64,000 nucleotides of DNA from Myxococcota bacterium (GTDB lineage: Bacteria > Myxococcota_A > Polyangia > Polyangiales > Sandaracinaceae): positions 1 to 64,000 of the forward strand of contig JAYZQJ010000081.1 of assembly GCA_036149055.1 (NCBI GenBank), written 5' to 3'. Under the pieces are notes generated by a model that was not told the origin of the DNA, did not search any database, and saw only the letters and a program-made list of their open reading frames with translations. This document shows, in pieces, positions 1 through 12,221 of this stretch. A program made the position numbers and the translations under genes. Numbering within the stretch: position 1 is the stretch's first letter; each line of letters opens with the position of its first letter.

Positions 1-34
1 GACCTCGCCTCGACCCGGGCATCTGGAGGTGCTG

Positions 35-333
<299 letters not shown>

Positions 334-337
<4 letters not shown>

Positions 338-638
338 CGCCGGGCGAGCTCATCGTCGCGCCGGGCGAGATCACCCTCAACGAGGGCCGCGACCGGCTCC
401 GCCTGGAGGTCGCCAACACCGGCGATCGCCCGGTGCAGGTCGGCTCGCACTATCACTTCGCGGAGACGAACCCCGCGCTCTCCTTCGACCGGGAGGCGGC
501 GCGCGGCATGCGGCTCGACATCCCGGCGGGGACGGCAGTGCGGTTCGAGCCCGGGCAGACGCGCGAGGTGGGCCTGGTGGCCTACGCCGGCGCCCGGCGC
601 GTCCACGGCTTCCGCGCCGAGATCATGGGGCCTCTCGA

Positions 639-642
<4 letters not shown>
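334..642 (+). CDS. ureB: Urease subunit beta
   Basis: [15 protein letters not shown] and [17 protein letters not shown] motifs; 4-bp overlap with ureA. Confidence 0.97.
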
Positions 643-2341
<1,699 letters not shown>

Positions 2342-2342
<1 letters not shown>

Positions 2343-2779
2343 TGATCGAGATCACCCACAAGCTGGAGCGCGACAGCTCCTGGTCGGCCGAGCTGACCCT
2401 CCCCTTCTCCGACCGCAAGCGCAGCCGGCTGCGCGCGCGCCTGACGGACGGCCGGGAGGTCGGGCTCTTCCTGCCCCGCGGCACCGTGCTGCGCGGGGGC
2501 GACCTCTTGCGCTCGGAGGACGGCACGGTGGTCCGCGTCGTCGCCGCGCCCGAGCCGCTCTCCACCGTGCGGAGCGACGACGCACGAGCCCTCTGTCGCG
2601 CCGCCTACCACCTCGGCAACCGCCACGTCCCGGTCGAGGTCGGCGACGGCTGGCTCCGCTACGAGCGGGACCACGTGCTCGACGAGATGGTGCGCGGCCT
2701 CGGCCTCGAGGTGACGCTGGAGGAGACCGGCTTCGAGCCGGAGTCCGGCGCGTACGGTCACGGGCACGCGCACGGATGA
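2342..2779 (+). CDS. ureE: Urease accessory protein UreE
   Basis: True start is ATG 2342 inside ORF 1145..2779; AYHLGNRH motif, FEPESGAY and His-rich tail. Confidence 0.95.
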
Positions 2780-3438
2780 CGCCGACCTTCGGCACCCTGC
2801 TGCTCGCGAGCCCGGCGCTCCCGGTGGGCGGCTTCAGCTACTCGCGCGGCCTCGAGACCGCGGTCGAGCGCGGCTGGGTGACCGACGCGGCGGCGGCGCG
2901 GGGCTGGATCGAGGGGCTGCTCGAGGCGAGCGTGATGCGGCTCGACGGCCCGCTCCTCCTTCGGCTGCATCGGGCCTTCGCGGCCGGCGATCTCGGCGAG
3001 GTCGAGCGGTGGCGCGCCTTCACCGCCGCCACCCGGGAGACCCGCGAGCTCGCCGCGGAGTCGGAGGCGGTCGGCGGAGCGCTGGTCCGATGGATGGAGG
3101 CGCTGGAGCTCGGAGACGCCGCGGCGCGGCGAGCCGCCCAGCGCTGCCAGCTCGCCGCCTTCGCGCTCGCCGCGGGCGCCCTCGGGCTCGACGCCGGCGC
3201 CGCGCTCCGCGCCTTCGCCTGGTCGTGGCTCGAGGCCGCGACGGCCGCGGCGGTGAAGCTCGTCCCGCTCGGGCAGAGCGACGGCCAGCGCATCCTGCTC
3301 GCCGCCGGGCGACGCCTCGAGCCCCTCTGCGCGCGCGCCGAGACGGTCGACGACGCCTCGGTGGGCGCCCTGACCCCCGGCCTCGCGCTCGCGAGCGCCT
3401 GGCACGAGACCCAGTACTCCCGACTCTTTCGATCCTGA
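2776..3438 (+). CDS. ureF: Urease accessory protein UreF
   Basis: [29 protein letters not shown] and C-terminal [11 protein letters not shown]. Confidence 0.96.
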   Translation: MTPTFGTLLLASPALPVGGFSYSRGLETAVERGWVTDAAAARGWIEGLLEASVMRLDGPLLLRLHRAFAAGDLGEVERWRAFTAATRETRELAAESEAVGGALVRWMEALELGDAAARRAAQRCQLAAFALAAGALGLDAGAALRAFAWSWLEAATAAAVKLVPLGQSDGQRILLAAGRRLEPLCARAETVDDASVGALTPGLALASAWHETQYSRLFRS

Positions 3439-3445
3439 GGAACCC

Positions 3446-4056
<611 letters not shown>

Positions 4057-4060
<4 letters not shown>

Positions 4061-4638
4061 GCGCGCTCCTCGCCGGAGCGGCCGCGGGCGCGACCCACGT
4101 GCTCGGCGGCCCCGATCACTTCGCCGCGGTCGCGCCGGACCTGAGCCGCGCGCCGATCCGCGCCGCCCGCCTCGGCGCCACCTGGGGCCTCGGCCACGGC
4201 GCCGGGGTCCTGCTGGCCGCCGCGATCGGGCGCGGGCTCGGCGCGCTCGTGGACCTGGCGTCGCTCAGCGCGTGGGCGGAGCTGTCGGTCGGCGTCGCGC
4301 TCATCGCGGTGGGCCTGCGCGCGCTGCCCCGCCGTCGCGAGCGCCCGCCGCCCGTCGGCCGCGCCGCCTTCGGGGTCGGGCTGCTCCACGGCGCCGCCGG
4401 CGCGCACCACCTCTTCCTCGTCCTCCCCGCGCTCACGCTCGGGCCCACCGAGGCGGCGCTCTACCTCGGCGCCTACATCGGCTGCGCGTGCGCGGTGATG
4501 GCCGCCGCCGGCGCGCTCGTCGCCCGCGGGCTCGAGGGCCGCGGAGAGAAGGTGCGTCGCGCGGCGGTGACCGCGGCGGCCGCGCTCGCGATCGGCCTCG
4601 GCGTCTTCTGGATCGCCACCGCGCCTCCGCTCGGCTGA
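4057..4638 (+). CDS. UreH/NicO-like nickel permease (membrane protein)
   Basis: GTG overlaps the ureG stop; H-x4-DH (HVLGGPDH), WGLGHG and GLLHG motifs; several hydrophobic helices. Confidence 0.8.
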
Positions 4639-4645
4639 CCGCGCG

Positions 4646-5773
4646 TCAGATCGCGTGCGGACGATAGAGGCGCACCGCGCGGTCGACGAAGAGGATCACG
4701 CCGAGCTCGGGGATGGCCGCCGAGATCGGCATCTCGGCGCTCGCCCACGGGTTCGTGAAGTCGTCGAGCGCGGTGAGCGCGCCGGTGTCCGGGTCGTAGT
4801 CGTAGGCGGCCGAGAACGAGTCGTGGAAGATGAGGAAGTGCTCGGTCAGCGGGTGCGCGAGCAGATAGTCGTCGCGCACGGTCAGCTCGATGGGTAGGTC
4901 CGCCAGCGGAGCCAAGCTGCCGTCGGCGGTGATCCGGGCGACGCCGCCCGGCGTGTCGTTCCCGCCCATCACGATCACCTCGCCGCGGCGCGGGTGGTAG
5001 CGCAGGAGCGAGTGATAGCCGTGCACGCGATCGGTCACGCTGGCGTCCAGCACCTCGCTCCAGGTCTCGGACGCCGGGTCGAAGAGGTGCGCGCCCTCGT
5101 GGCGGTAGTAGCGGAGCAGGCCGCCGAGCTCCGGGAAGTGCTCGACGCTGCCGCCGTGACCTCCGCGGCCGGGCGCGGACGGGAGGCTGCGCCAGGTCTC
5201 GGTCGCGACGTCGAACGCGAAGGGGTGGGTCCCCGCGATCGCGTGGGTGAAGGTGCCGGTCTCCGGGTCGTGGGCGTTGTTGCCGTAGACGTGCCCGCGA
5301 GTGCCGCGCTCCTCGGGCCACTCGAAGCTCGGGAGCTCGCGCCACGCGTTGGTCGCCGCGCGGAAGGCGATCATCTTCGTGCGGATCCGGAAGCCCAGGT
5401 ACAGCACCTGCCCGCTCGTGGGATCCCAGTGCGCGTCGTCGGTCCAGCCGGCGATGTGGAGGCGGCGGCCGGTCTCGGGGTCGGTCTCGACCGTCATCAG
5501 ATCCGGCGGCATCTCGGTCTCGAGCTCGGCCCAGGTGCCCGGCTCCATCGAGCGCGCGAGCATGCCGAGCGGGGTCTCGTCGAGCGGCGTCTCGGGCACG
5601 AAGGCGTCGATCGGCGGCGGGCTCGCGTCTCGGGCGCCGGCGTCCCCGGGGACGGCGGCGTCTCGCGGCGCGGCGGCGTCGGTCGGCGGCGAGGTCGCCG
5701 CGTCGTCCGCGATCTCCCCGCCCTCGCACGCCACGAGCAGCACGACCGCGGCCAGCGTCGTCCATCGGGTCAT
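4646..5773 (-). CDS. Lipoprotein with probable Kelch-like beta-propeller
   Basis: Lipobox LLVAC, DAA/DAG linker, repeated YDPxTxTW-like strands. Confidence 0.65.
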   Translation of the reverse strand: MTRWTTLAAVVLLVACEGGEIADDAATSPPTDAAAPRDAAVPGDAGARDASPPPIDAFVPETPLDETPLGMLARSMEPGTWAELETEMPPDLMTVETDPETGRRLHIAGWTDDAHWDPTSGQVLYLGFRIRTKMIAFRAATNAWRELPSFEWPEERGTRGHVYGNNAHDPETGTFTHAIAGTHPFAFDVATETWRSLPSAPGRGGHGGSVEHFPELGGLLRYYRHEGAHLFDPASETWSEVLDASVTDRVHGYHSLLRYHPRRGEVIVMGGNDTPGGVARITADGSLAPLADLPIELTVRDDYLLAHPLTEHFLIFHDSFSAAYDYDPDTGALTALDDFTNPWASAEMPISAAIPELGVILFVDRAVRLYRPHAI

Positions 5774-5832
5774 GCGCCCAGGCTAGCGGCGGGCTCGAGG
5801 CGAGTGAATTTCATCCGCTGCGCGGGACGCGT

Positions 5833-5848
5833 TGGCGTGGGCCCTGCA
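5833..5848 (+). promoter_or_regulatory. Putative sigma54 -24/-12 promoter
   Basis: TGGCGTGGGCCCTGCA (GG-N10-GC); the -12 C lies 14 nt before ATG 5861. Confidence 0.45.
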
Positions 5849-5860
5849 CTCTGCCGGCGC

Positions 5861-6766
5861 ATGACGCGATCTCGGCTCATCGTGGCACAGCTGACCTGCG
5901 CCCTCTTCGCCTTCGGGTGCGGCGACTCGCACGGCCGCGACGACGACGCCGGGCTGCGCGACGCCGGTCGGCGGGTCGACGCGGGGCTCGACGCCGGCCC
6001 CTGGTCTCACGACGCCGGCCCCTGGGAGCCGGACGCCGGCCCGCGCCTCGGCCCTTGCGACGCGCAGGACGCGCGCGCGGAGATCTGCCCCGAGCTGCTC
6101 TGCGACGGGCCGCCGAGCTGGCACTGGCAGGGCGACCGCTGCTTCCCGATCGAGTGCGGCGCATGCGTCGGCGCCGACTGCGAGAGGTCCTGGGGGTCGC
6201 GCGAGGGCTGCGAGGCGGCCCACGCGAGCTGTGAGCCGCAGCTCTGCCGGAGCACGGGCGGGGACTGGCGGTGGTGGGCCGAGGAGTGCGCGCACTTCAG
6301 CTGCGGCTTCCCGGCGCCCGTCGACTGCGAGGTCGGGCGCGCGGTCTGCGACTGCGGCCTCGGGCGCGGCTTCGAGGAGGGCCGCGGCTGCGTGGACATG
6401 GACTGCCCGACCTTCCCGCCCCCGCCCGACCGCGAGATGCTCTGCCGCTCCACCGGCGGGCGCTGGGAGATGACCTGCTGCGACAGCGTCTGCGGCGAGC
6501 TCTGCGCGGACGCCTGCGTGGCCCCCGCTTGCAACTGCGGCCCGCTCGAGATCTTCGACCCCTTCTTCGGCTGCGTGGAGGCGACGCGCTGCTACGAGCG
6601 CCGCGCCGGCGAGGGCTGCCACGACGAGGCGCGCTGCGAGGACGGCACGATCTGCTGCGACCGCTGCGGCGGCCCGGGCTGCGCCGGAGAGCCGCGCTGC
6701 GTGGCCCCGGTCTGCGACGGCGACGAGACGATCGACGAGTGCGGCAACCGCCGCGACGCCCCGTGA
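5861..6766 (+). CDS. Cys-rich lipoprotein (about 36 Cys, internal duplication)
   Basis: Lipobox FAFGC, DAG repeats, two LCRSTGGxW modules, dense Cys spacing. Confidence 0.8.
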   Translation: MTRSRLIVAQLTCALFAFGCGDSHGRDDDAGLRDAGRRVDAGLDAGPWSHDAGPWEPDAGPRLGPCDAQDARAEICPELLCDGPPSWHWQGDRCFPIECGACVGADCERSWGSREGCEAAHASCEPQLCRSTGGDWRWWAEECAHFSCGFPAPVDCEVGRAVCDCGLGRGFEEGRGCVDMDCPTFPPPPDREMLCRSTGGRWEMTCCDSVCGELCADACVAPACNCGPLEIFDPFFGCVEATRCYERRAGEGCHDEARCEDGTICCDRCGGPGCAGEPRCVAPVCDGDETIDECGNRRDAP

Positions 6767-6770
6767 CCGC

Positions 6771-8777
6771 TCAACGCGGGATGCGCTCGTCCCAGGTGCG
6801 GTGGAACGCGCGGGCCTCGCCCTCGTAGGCCGACAGCTCCGCCTCGACCCGGAACGCCTCGGCGTCGGCGGTGAGGCGCGTGCGGGTGACCACGCGGGTC
6901 TGCCAGCCGCCGCGGCGATAGATCGCCTCGTGCGTCACCTCGCCCTCGGCGCGCAGCGGGTCGCCCTCGAGGATGCGGAAGCGCTCGACCATGCCGTGGC
7001 CGTGCTCCATGCCGGTCGCGCCGACCCGGGTCATCGCCGGCCGCCCCTCCTCGTCGAGGTCGGTGCAGACGGTGTGGGTCACCACCCCGGTGATCGCGTC
7101 GCGCTCGATGGTGCGCACGGTGCCGCCCGGGTGCAGATCGTCGATGTCCGGGCCCGGCGCCGCCTCGGGCGGATCGAACGGGCGCAGCGCGGCGTCCTCG
7201 GGACGGGGCGGCCGGACCGGGAGCGTCAGCGCGCTCCCCGCGGTGTGGAGCGCGAGGGTCACCGGCGAGGGCGACGGCCAGGCCATCGGCCAGTAGCTCG
7301 TCGAGAGCGCGAGCCGGAGCCGATGCCCGGGCTGGAAGGCGTGCGCGACGTCGTTGAGGCGCAGGGTCACCTCGATCACCTGCCCCGGCTCGAGCGGCGC
7401 GGGGGCCTGGTGGCCGCCCCGATGGGTCAGGTCCAGCAGGCCGTAGGTGACGAGGTTGGACGCGCCGAGCGGCGAGACGTCGCAGAGGCGCGCCGCGAGC
7501 AGCGCCGCCGGGCGGTCGACCGAGAGCCGGAGCGTCACCGTCGGGGCCCCCAGGATCTCGAGCGGCGCCTCGAGCGGCGGGCCGGTGAACGACAGCGAGC
7601 GGCCGTCGTCCTCGCGCTGGTCGCGCGGCATCTCGCCCTCCATGCCGAAGGCGCACCAGCTCCCGCCGGCGAGCCCGGTGGTCTGGGGCGAGCGCGTCCG
7701 CAGGATCACGTCGTCCGCGTCGCCGAGCCGTCCGTCCCCGAGCGCGAGCGCGCGCGCCTCGATGCGCGGCGACGGCCAGGCGTCCTCCGCGACCCAGCGC
7801 CCGGGGCGCGCGTCGTAGTAGGACCGCGGCGGCACGCTCTCCTGCATCCATGCCCGGTAGAGGGGGTCCTCGGGCGTCTCCTCGCCGCGCAGCCAACGGC
7901 TCCACCATCGCACGGCTTCTTGCAGAAACCCGATCGCCGGGCCCGGCACGCCTTCGTGCGGGTAGAGGTGCGCCCAGGGCCCGACCAGCCCCTTGCGCGG
8001 CACGTCGAGCGAGGCCAGCAGGCGCGGCACCGCGTTGGAGTAGGCGTCGGCCCAGCCGCTCACCACGAACACCGGGCAGCGGATCGCGGACGGGTCCTCG
8101 CAGACCGAGCCGTGCTCCCAGTACGCGTCCCGCGTCGGGTGGCGCATCCAGCGCGCGACGTGGAGCGGGACCGCCTCGAGCCGCCGCCGCCACATCGCGC
8201 GCCAGCGCTCCCCCACCACCTCGGGATCCGGCGGCAGGGCGGCGAGGGTGAAGAGCCCCGAGCCCCAGATGAGGTTCTCGTTGAGCAGGGCGCCGCCCAT
8301 GTAGTGCGCGTCGTCGGCGTAGCGATCGTCCGAGGCGCACACCACGAGGATGGCGGCCAGCTCGGGGGGCTGCTTCGCGGCGACCTGGAGCGCGTTGAAG
8401 CCGCCCCACGACTTGCCCATCATGCCGACCTTGCCGTCGCACCAGGGCTGCGCCGCGATCCAGGCGAGCACCTCGAGCGCGTCGTCGATCTCCTGCGGGC
8501 AGTACTCGTCCTCGAGCACGCCCTCGCTCTCCCCGGTGCCCCGCAGGTCCACCCGGACGGCGGCGAAGCCGTGCCCGGCGAAGTAGCGGTGCATCGGCTC
8601 GTCTCGCTCGCGGGTGCCGTCGGCCTTGCGGTAGGGGATGTACTCGAGCACCGCCGGCGCGGGCCCCTCGTCTTCCGGCAGCCAGAGCCGCGCGGCGAGG
8701 CGCGTTCCGTCCGTCATCGGGATGAAGACGTTCTCGATCTCGCGGACCGCGAGCGGCAGATCGGAGATGACGCGCAT
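6771..8777 (-). CDS. CocE/NonD family hydrolase (peptidase S15-like)
   Basis: EYIPYRK, VDLRGTGESEG, GKSWGG nucleophile elbow, GPWAH; PepX-like C-terminal domain. Confidence 0.9.
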   Translation of the reverse strand: MRVISDLPLAVREIENVFIPMTDGTRLAARLWLPEDEGPAPAVLEYIPYRKADGTRERDEPMHRYFAGHGFAAVRVDLRGTGESEGVLEDEYCPQEIDDALEVLAWIAAQPWCDGKVGMMGKSWGGFNALQVAAKQPPELAAILVVCASDDRYADDAHYMGGALLNENLIWGSGLFTLAALPPDPEVVGERWRAMWRRRLEAVPLHVARWMRHPTRDAYWEHGSVCEDPSAIRCPVFVVSGWADAYSNAVPRLLASLDVPRKGLVGPWAHLYPHEGVPGPAIGFLQEAVRWWSRWLRGEETPEDPLYRAWMQESVPPRSYYDARPGRWVAEDAWPSPRIEARALALGDGRLGDADDVILRTRSPQTTGLAGGSWCAFGMEGEMPRDQREDDGRSLSFTGPPLEAPLEILGAPTVTLRLSVDRPAALLAARLCDVSPLGASNLVTYGLLDLTHRGGHQAPAPLEPGQVIEVTLRLNDVAHAFQPGHRLRLALSTSYWPMAWPSPSPVTLALHTAGSALTLPVRPPRPEDAALRPFDPPEAAPGPDIDDLHPGGTVRTIERDAITGVVTHTVCTDLDEEGRPAMTRVGATGMEHGHGMVERFRILEGDPLRAEGEVTHEAIYRRGGWQTRVVTRTRLTADAEAFRVEAELSAYEGEARAFHRTWDERIPR

Positions 8778-8808
8778 GGAGCGGGGGATAGTCTAAGGTC
8801 GGTTTCCG

Positions 8809-10074
8809 ATGGCGAGTATCCGTGTCGTGTTCCCGACCGAATGGGACCAGAGGCAGCTCGGCCGGGTCGCCGAGGCGGAGGGCCACACCGTCCAGTGGGG
8901 CGAGCCCGACGACGACGCCTGCCCCTGGGACTTCGACGTGCTCGGCTACGTCGAGGAGGAGGTCGCGCGGGGCGGCTTCGACGGAGTCTTCAGCTCGAGC
9001 GACTACCCCGGGGCCACCGTGGCCGGCGCGATCGCGACCCGGCTCGGGCTGCCCGGCACGCCGCCGGAGCGCGTCATCCGCTGCTCCCACAAGTACTACT
9101 CGCGGGTGACGCAGCGGGAGGCGGCGCCCGAGGCCACGCCGCGCTTCTGGCTGGTCGACCCCGACGCGCCGCCGGACGACCTCGTCTTCCCCTGCTTCGT
9201 GAAGCCGGTGAAGGGCGCCTTCAGCGTGATGAGCGCGCGCATCGGGAGCCGGCGCGAGCTCGACGCGTTCCTCCGTCAGCCGGCCGCGCGAGAGTTCCTC
9301 TCGAGCTACGTCGACATCTTCAACCGGCTGGTGCGCGGGCTGACCGACCTCGAGGTCGACGGCCGGGCGTTCGTGGCCGAGGCGCTGCTCACCGGGAGGC
9401 AGGCGACGGTGGAGGGCTACGTCGGCCCCGACGGCCCGGCCTTGGTCGGCGTCGTCGACTCGGTGCGGCACCCGAAGACGAAGAGCTTCGTGCGCTTCGA
9501 CTACCCGTCGTCGCTGCCCCGGCGTCTGCAGGAGAAGGCCTGGGACGTCAGCCGCCGCGCGGTCCTCGCGCTCGGGCTCGAGCACACGATGTTCAACGTC
9601 GAGGTCATGGTCGACGCCGAAGAGGAGCGGGTGTCGATCGTGGAGATCAACCCGCGCATGTGCGGGCAGTTCGCCGACCTCTACGAGAAGGTGGACGGCG
9701 TGAGCGGCTACGCGATCGCGCTCGCCCTCGCCGCGGGAGCGCCGCCGCCGCGCAGGCGACGCGAGGGAGGCCACGCGGTCGCGTCGAGCGTGCCGCTCCG
9801 GATCTTCGAGCCCAGCCTCGTCGAGCGCGCCCCTTCCGACGATGATCTGCGGCGCGCGGAGGCGCTCTTCGACGGCACCCTGTGCTGGAGCGAGTGCGAG
9901 ACCGGCGCGCGGCTCGACGACTTCCACACCTGCGAGGACGGCAAGAGCGCGCGCTACGGCATCGTCAACCTCGGCGCGCCCAGCCGCGAGGCCCTGAAGA
10001 CGCGGCTCGCCGAGGTGAAGGAGACGCTCGGCTTCCGGATGCGCCCGCTCCGGGATGGCGCCCCCGGCGGATGA
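8809..10074 (+). CDS. ATP-grasp domain protein (possible amino-acid/peptide ligase)
   Basis: FPCFVKPVKGAFS, HTMFNVE and IVEINPRM motifs. Confidence 0.85.
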   Translation: MASIRVVFPTEWDQRQLGRVAEAEGHTVQWGEPDDDACPWDFDVLGYVEEEVARGGFDGVFSSSDYPGATVAGAIATRLGLPGTPPERVIRCSHKYYSRVTQREAAPEATPRFWLVDPDAPPDDLVFPCFVKPVKGAFSVMSARIGSRRELDAFLRQPAAREFLSSYVDIFNRLVRGLTDLEVDGRAFVAEALLTGRQATVEGYVGPDGPALVGVVDSVRHPKTKSFVRFDYPSSLPRRLQEKAWDVSRRAVLALGLEHTMFNVEVMVDAEEERVSIVEINPRMCGQFADLYEKVDGVSGYAIALALAAGAPPPRRRREGGHAVASSVPLRIFEPSLVERAPSDDDLRRAEALFDGTLCWSECETGARLDDFHTCEDGKSARYGIVNLGAPSREALKTRLAEVKETLGFRMRPLRDGAPGG

Positions 10075-10089
10075 CGCCATGCTGCCGGG

Positions 10090-10914
10090 GTGCCCGAGGG
10101 CGACACCATCTACCGGGCCGCGCGCACGCTGAACAAGGCGATCGGCGGCAAGGTCGTGCGCGGCTTCCGGAGCGCGCTGCCGGAGCTCGAGCGAGCCGCG
10201 CTCGAGGGCCGGACCGTGGAGTCGGTGCGAGCCCGGGGCAAGAACCTGCTCGTCGACTTCGACGACGGCCAGCGGCTCCACACCCACATGATGATGGAGG
10301 GCAGCTGGCACGTGTACCGGGTGGGTGAGCCCTGGCAGCGCCGGGAGAGCCGCGCCTTCGCCGTCATCGAGACCGAGGACTGGGTCGCGGTCTGCTTCGA
10401 CGCGCCGATCTGCAAGCTCCTCGCGCCGGGGGAGCGCAGCCCTCAGCTCGACGCGCTCGGCCCGGATCTGCTCGACCCCGACGCCGACCTCGACGAGGCG
10501 CTCCGGCGGCTCCGGCAGTTCGAGACCCTCCCGCTGGGCGAGGCGGTGATGCGGCAGCACCTCGTGGCCGGCATCGGCAACGTCTACAAGTCGGAGGTGC
10601 TGTTCCTCGAGCGCCTCGACCCCTTCGCCCCCGTGTCCAGCGTGACCGACGAGGCGCTGCGGGCCGCCCTGAAGCTCGCCCGCAAGCTCATGAAGCAGAA
10701 CGTCGGGCACGCTCGGATGCGCACCACCCGCCGCCGCTTCGGGTCCAGCCGCCTCTGGGTCTACGGCCGCAAGAACGAGCCCTGCTTCGAGTGTGGGAGC
10801 CGCGTCGACATGCGCCGACAGGGTGAGCAGGGTCGGTCGACCTACTTCTGCCCTCGCTGTCAGCGGTCGGAAGACGGCGATGAAGGCTTTCGCCCGACCG
10901 GCTCGATGACGTAG
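10090..10914 (+). CDS. nei: Fpg/Nei family DNA glycosylase (endonuclease VIII-like)
   Basis: N-terminal PEGDT, RGKNL, AGIGNVYKSE H2TH motif, C-terminal CxxC...CPRCQ zinc finger. Confidence 0.9.
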   Translation: MPEGDTIYRAARTLNKAIGGKVVRGFRSALPELERAALEGRTVESVRARGKNLLVDFDDGQRLHTHMMMEGSWHVYRVGEPWQRRESRAFAVIETEDWVAVCFDAPICKLLAPGERSPQLDALGPDLLDPDADLDEALRRLRQFETLPLGEAVMRQHLVAGIGNVYKSEVLFLERLDPFAPVSSVTDEALRAALKLARKLMKQNVGHARMRTTRRRFGSSRLWVYGRKNEPCFECGSRVDMRRQGEQGRSTYFCPRCQRSEDGDEGFRPTGSMT

Positions 10915-10931
10915 GCTGAACGGGCTTTTTC

Positions 10932-12218
10932 ATGGCCGATGTACCCGACGCGGGAGGCTTCGACCTCTTCGACGACGAGGAAGATTTCCGAACCGTCGTC
11001 GACACCAGCTTCTGGAATCAGCCGAAGATTCCCGACTACGCCCCCCTCGCGCACTTCGGCCGGTTCGAGATCCTGGGCCGGATCGCGCGCGGCGGCATGG
11101 CGGAGGTCTACCTCGCGCGCGAGTGGGACGACGCCGGCAAGGCGCGCCACCTGGTGGTCAAGCGCGTGCTCCCGGAGATGCAGGACAACCCGGATCTGCT
11201 CCGGATGTTCCTCGCCGAGGGCAAGGTCGCGACGCGGCTCTACCACCAGAACGTCTGCCACGTGTACGAGAGCGGCGAGATCGAGGGCGTCGCCTTCATG
11301 GCCCTCGAGTGGGTCTGGGGCCCCGCGCTCGAGACCGTCGTCGAGCGGGCCGGCGCCCGCGGCGGCTGCATCCCCTGGCCGATCGCGGTCGAGATCGTCG
11401 CCCAGATGGCCGCCGCGCTGCACTACGTGCACCACGCGAAGGGCGTCAACGGCAAGCCGCTGAACATCGTGCACCGCGACGTCAGCCCCCAGAACATCAT
11501 GCTGCAGTGGAACGGCTCGGTGAAGCTGCTCGACTTCGGCATCGCCAAGACCACCAGCGACATCACCACCGGCGGGGCCGCGGTCGGCAAGTACGGCTAC
11601 ATGTCGCCCGAGCAGGCGCAGTCGCAGCGCGTCGATCCGCGCTCGGACATCTTCGCGCTGGGCATCGTGCTCTACGAGGCGCTGACCGGGAAGGCGCTGT
11701 ACGACCGCCCCACCCTGCTCGACACCCTGAGCGCGATCGTGCGCGAGCCGGTGCCTTCGCTGAAGGCGGAGCGCCCGGAGCTGCCCGATCAGCTCGAGTC
11801 GATCGTGCGGCGCGCGCTCGCCAAGGACCCGGCCCACCGCTTCCAGTCCGCCGGTGAGATGAAGGCGGCGCTCAAGCAGGTGCTGCGCGCCAACGGTCAG
11901 GTCGTCACCGACCAGCGCGTCGCGCTCTTCCTCGAGGGCCTCTTCACCGACGAGGATCGGCAGCCGCTCAAGGAGAAGGACCGCAAGCTCACCGGGCAGT
12001 TCACCCCGATCAGCCCCGAGCAAGCGGTGGCCGCGCTCCAGTCGCAGCAGGGCGAGACCTTCAGCTTCGACCACAGCCGCGGCTCGATCGCGCCGAGCGG
12101 CCGCCCTCCCCGGGCGGCCAAACAGATCCCGACCCCCGTGCTCATCATCGGCCTGATCCTGATCGCCCTGTTCATGGGCGGCCTCGGCGTCGGCCTCGCG
12201 CTGCTCCTGATGAGCTAG
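10932..12218 (+). CDS. Ser/Thr protein kinase with C-terminal TM helix
   Basis: GGMAEVY, HRDVSPQN, DFG, YMSPEQ; hydrophobic C-terminus. Confidence 0.93.
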   Translation: MADVPDAGGFDLFDDEEDFRTVVDTSFWNQPKIPDYAPLAHFGRFEILGRIARGGMAEVYLAREWDDAGKARHLVVKRVLPEMQDNPDLLRMFLAEGKVATRLYHQNVCHVYESGEIEGVAFMALEWVWGPALETVVERAGARGGCIPWPIAVEIVAQMAAALHYVHHAKGVNGKPLNIVHRDVSPQNIMLQWNGSVKLLDFGIAKTTSDITTGGAAVGKYGYMSPEQAQSQRVDPRSDIFALGIVLYEALTGKALYDRPTLLDTLSAIVREPVPSLKAERPELPDQLESIVRRALAKDPAHRFQSAGEMKAALKQVLRANGQVVTDQRVALFLEGLFTDEDRQPLKEKDRKLTGQFTPISPEQAVAALQSQQGETFSFDHSRGSIAPSGRPPRAAKQIPTPVLIIGLILIALFMGGLGVGLALLLMS

Positions 12219-12221
12219 CCC

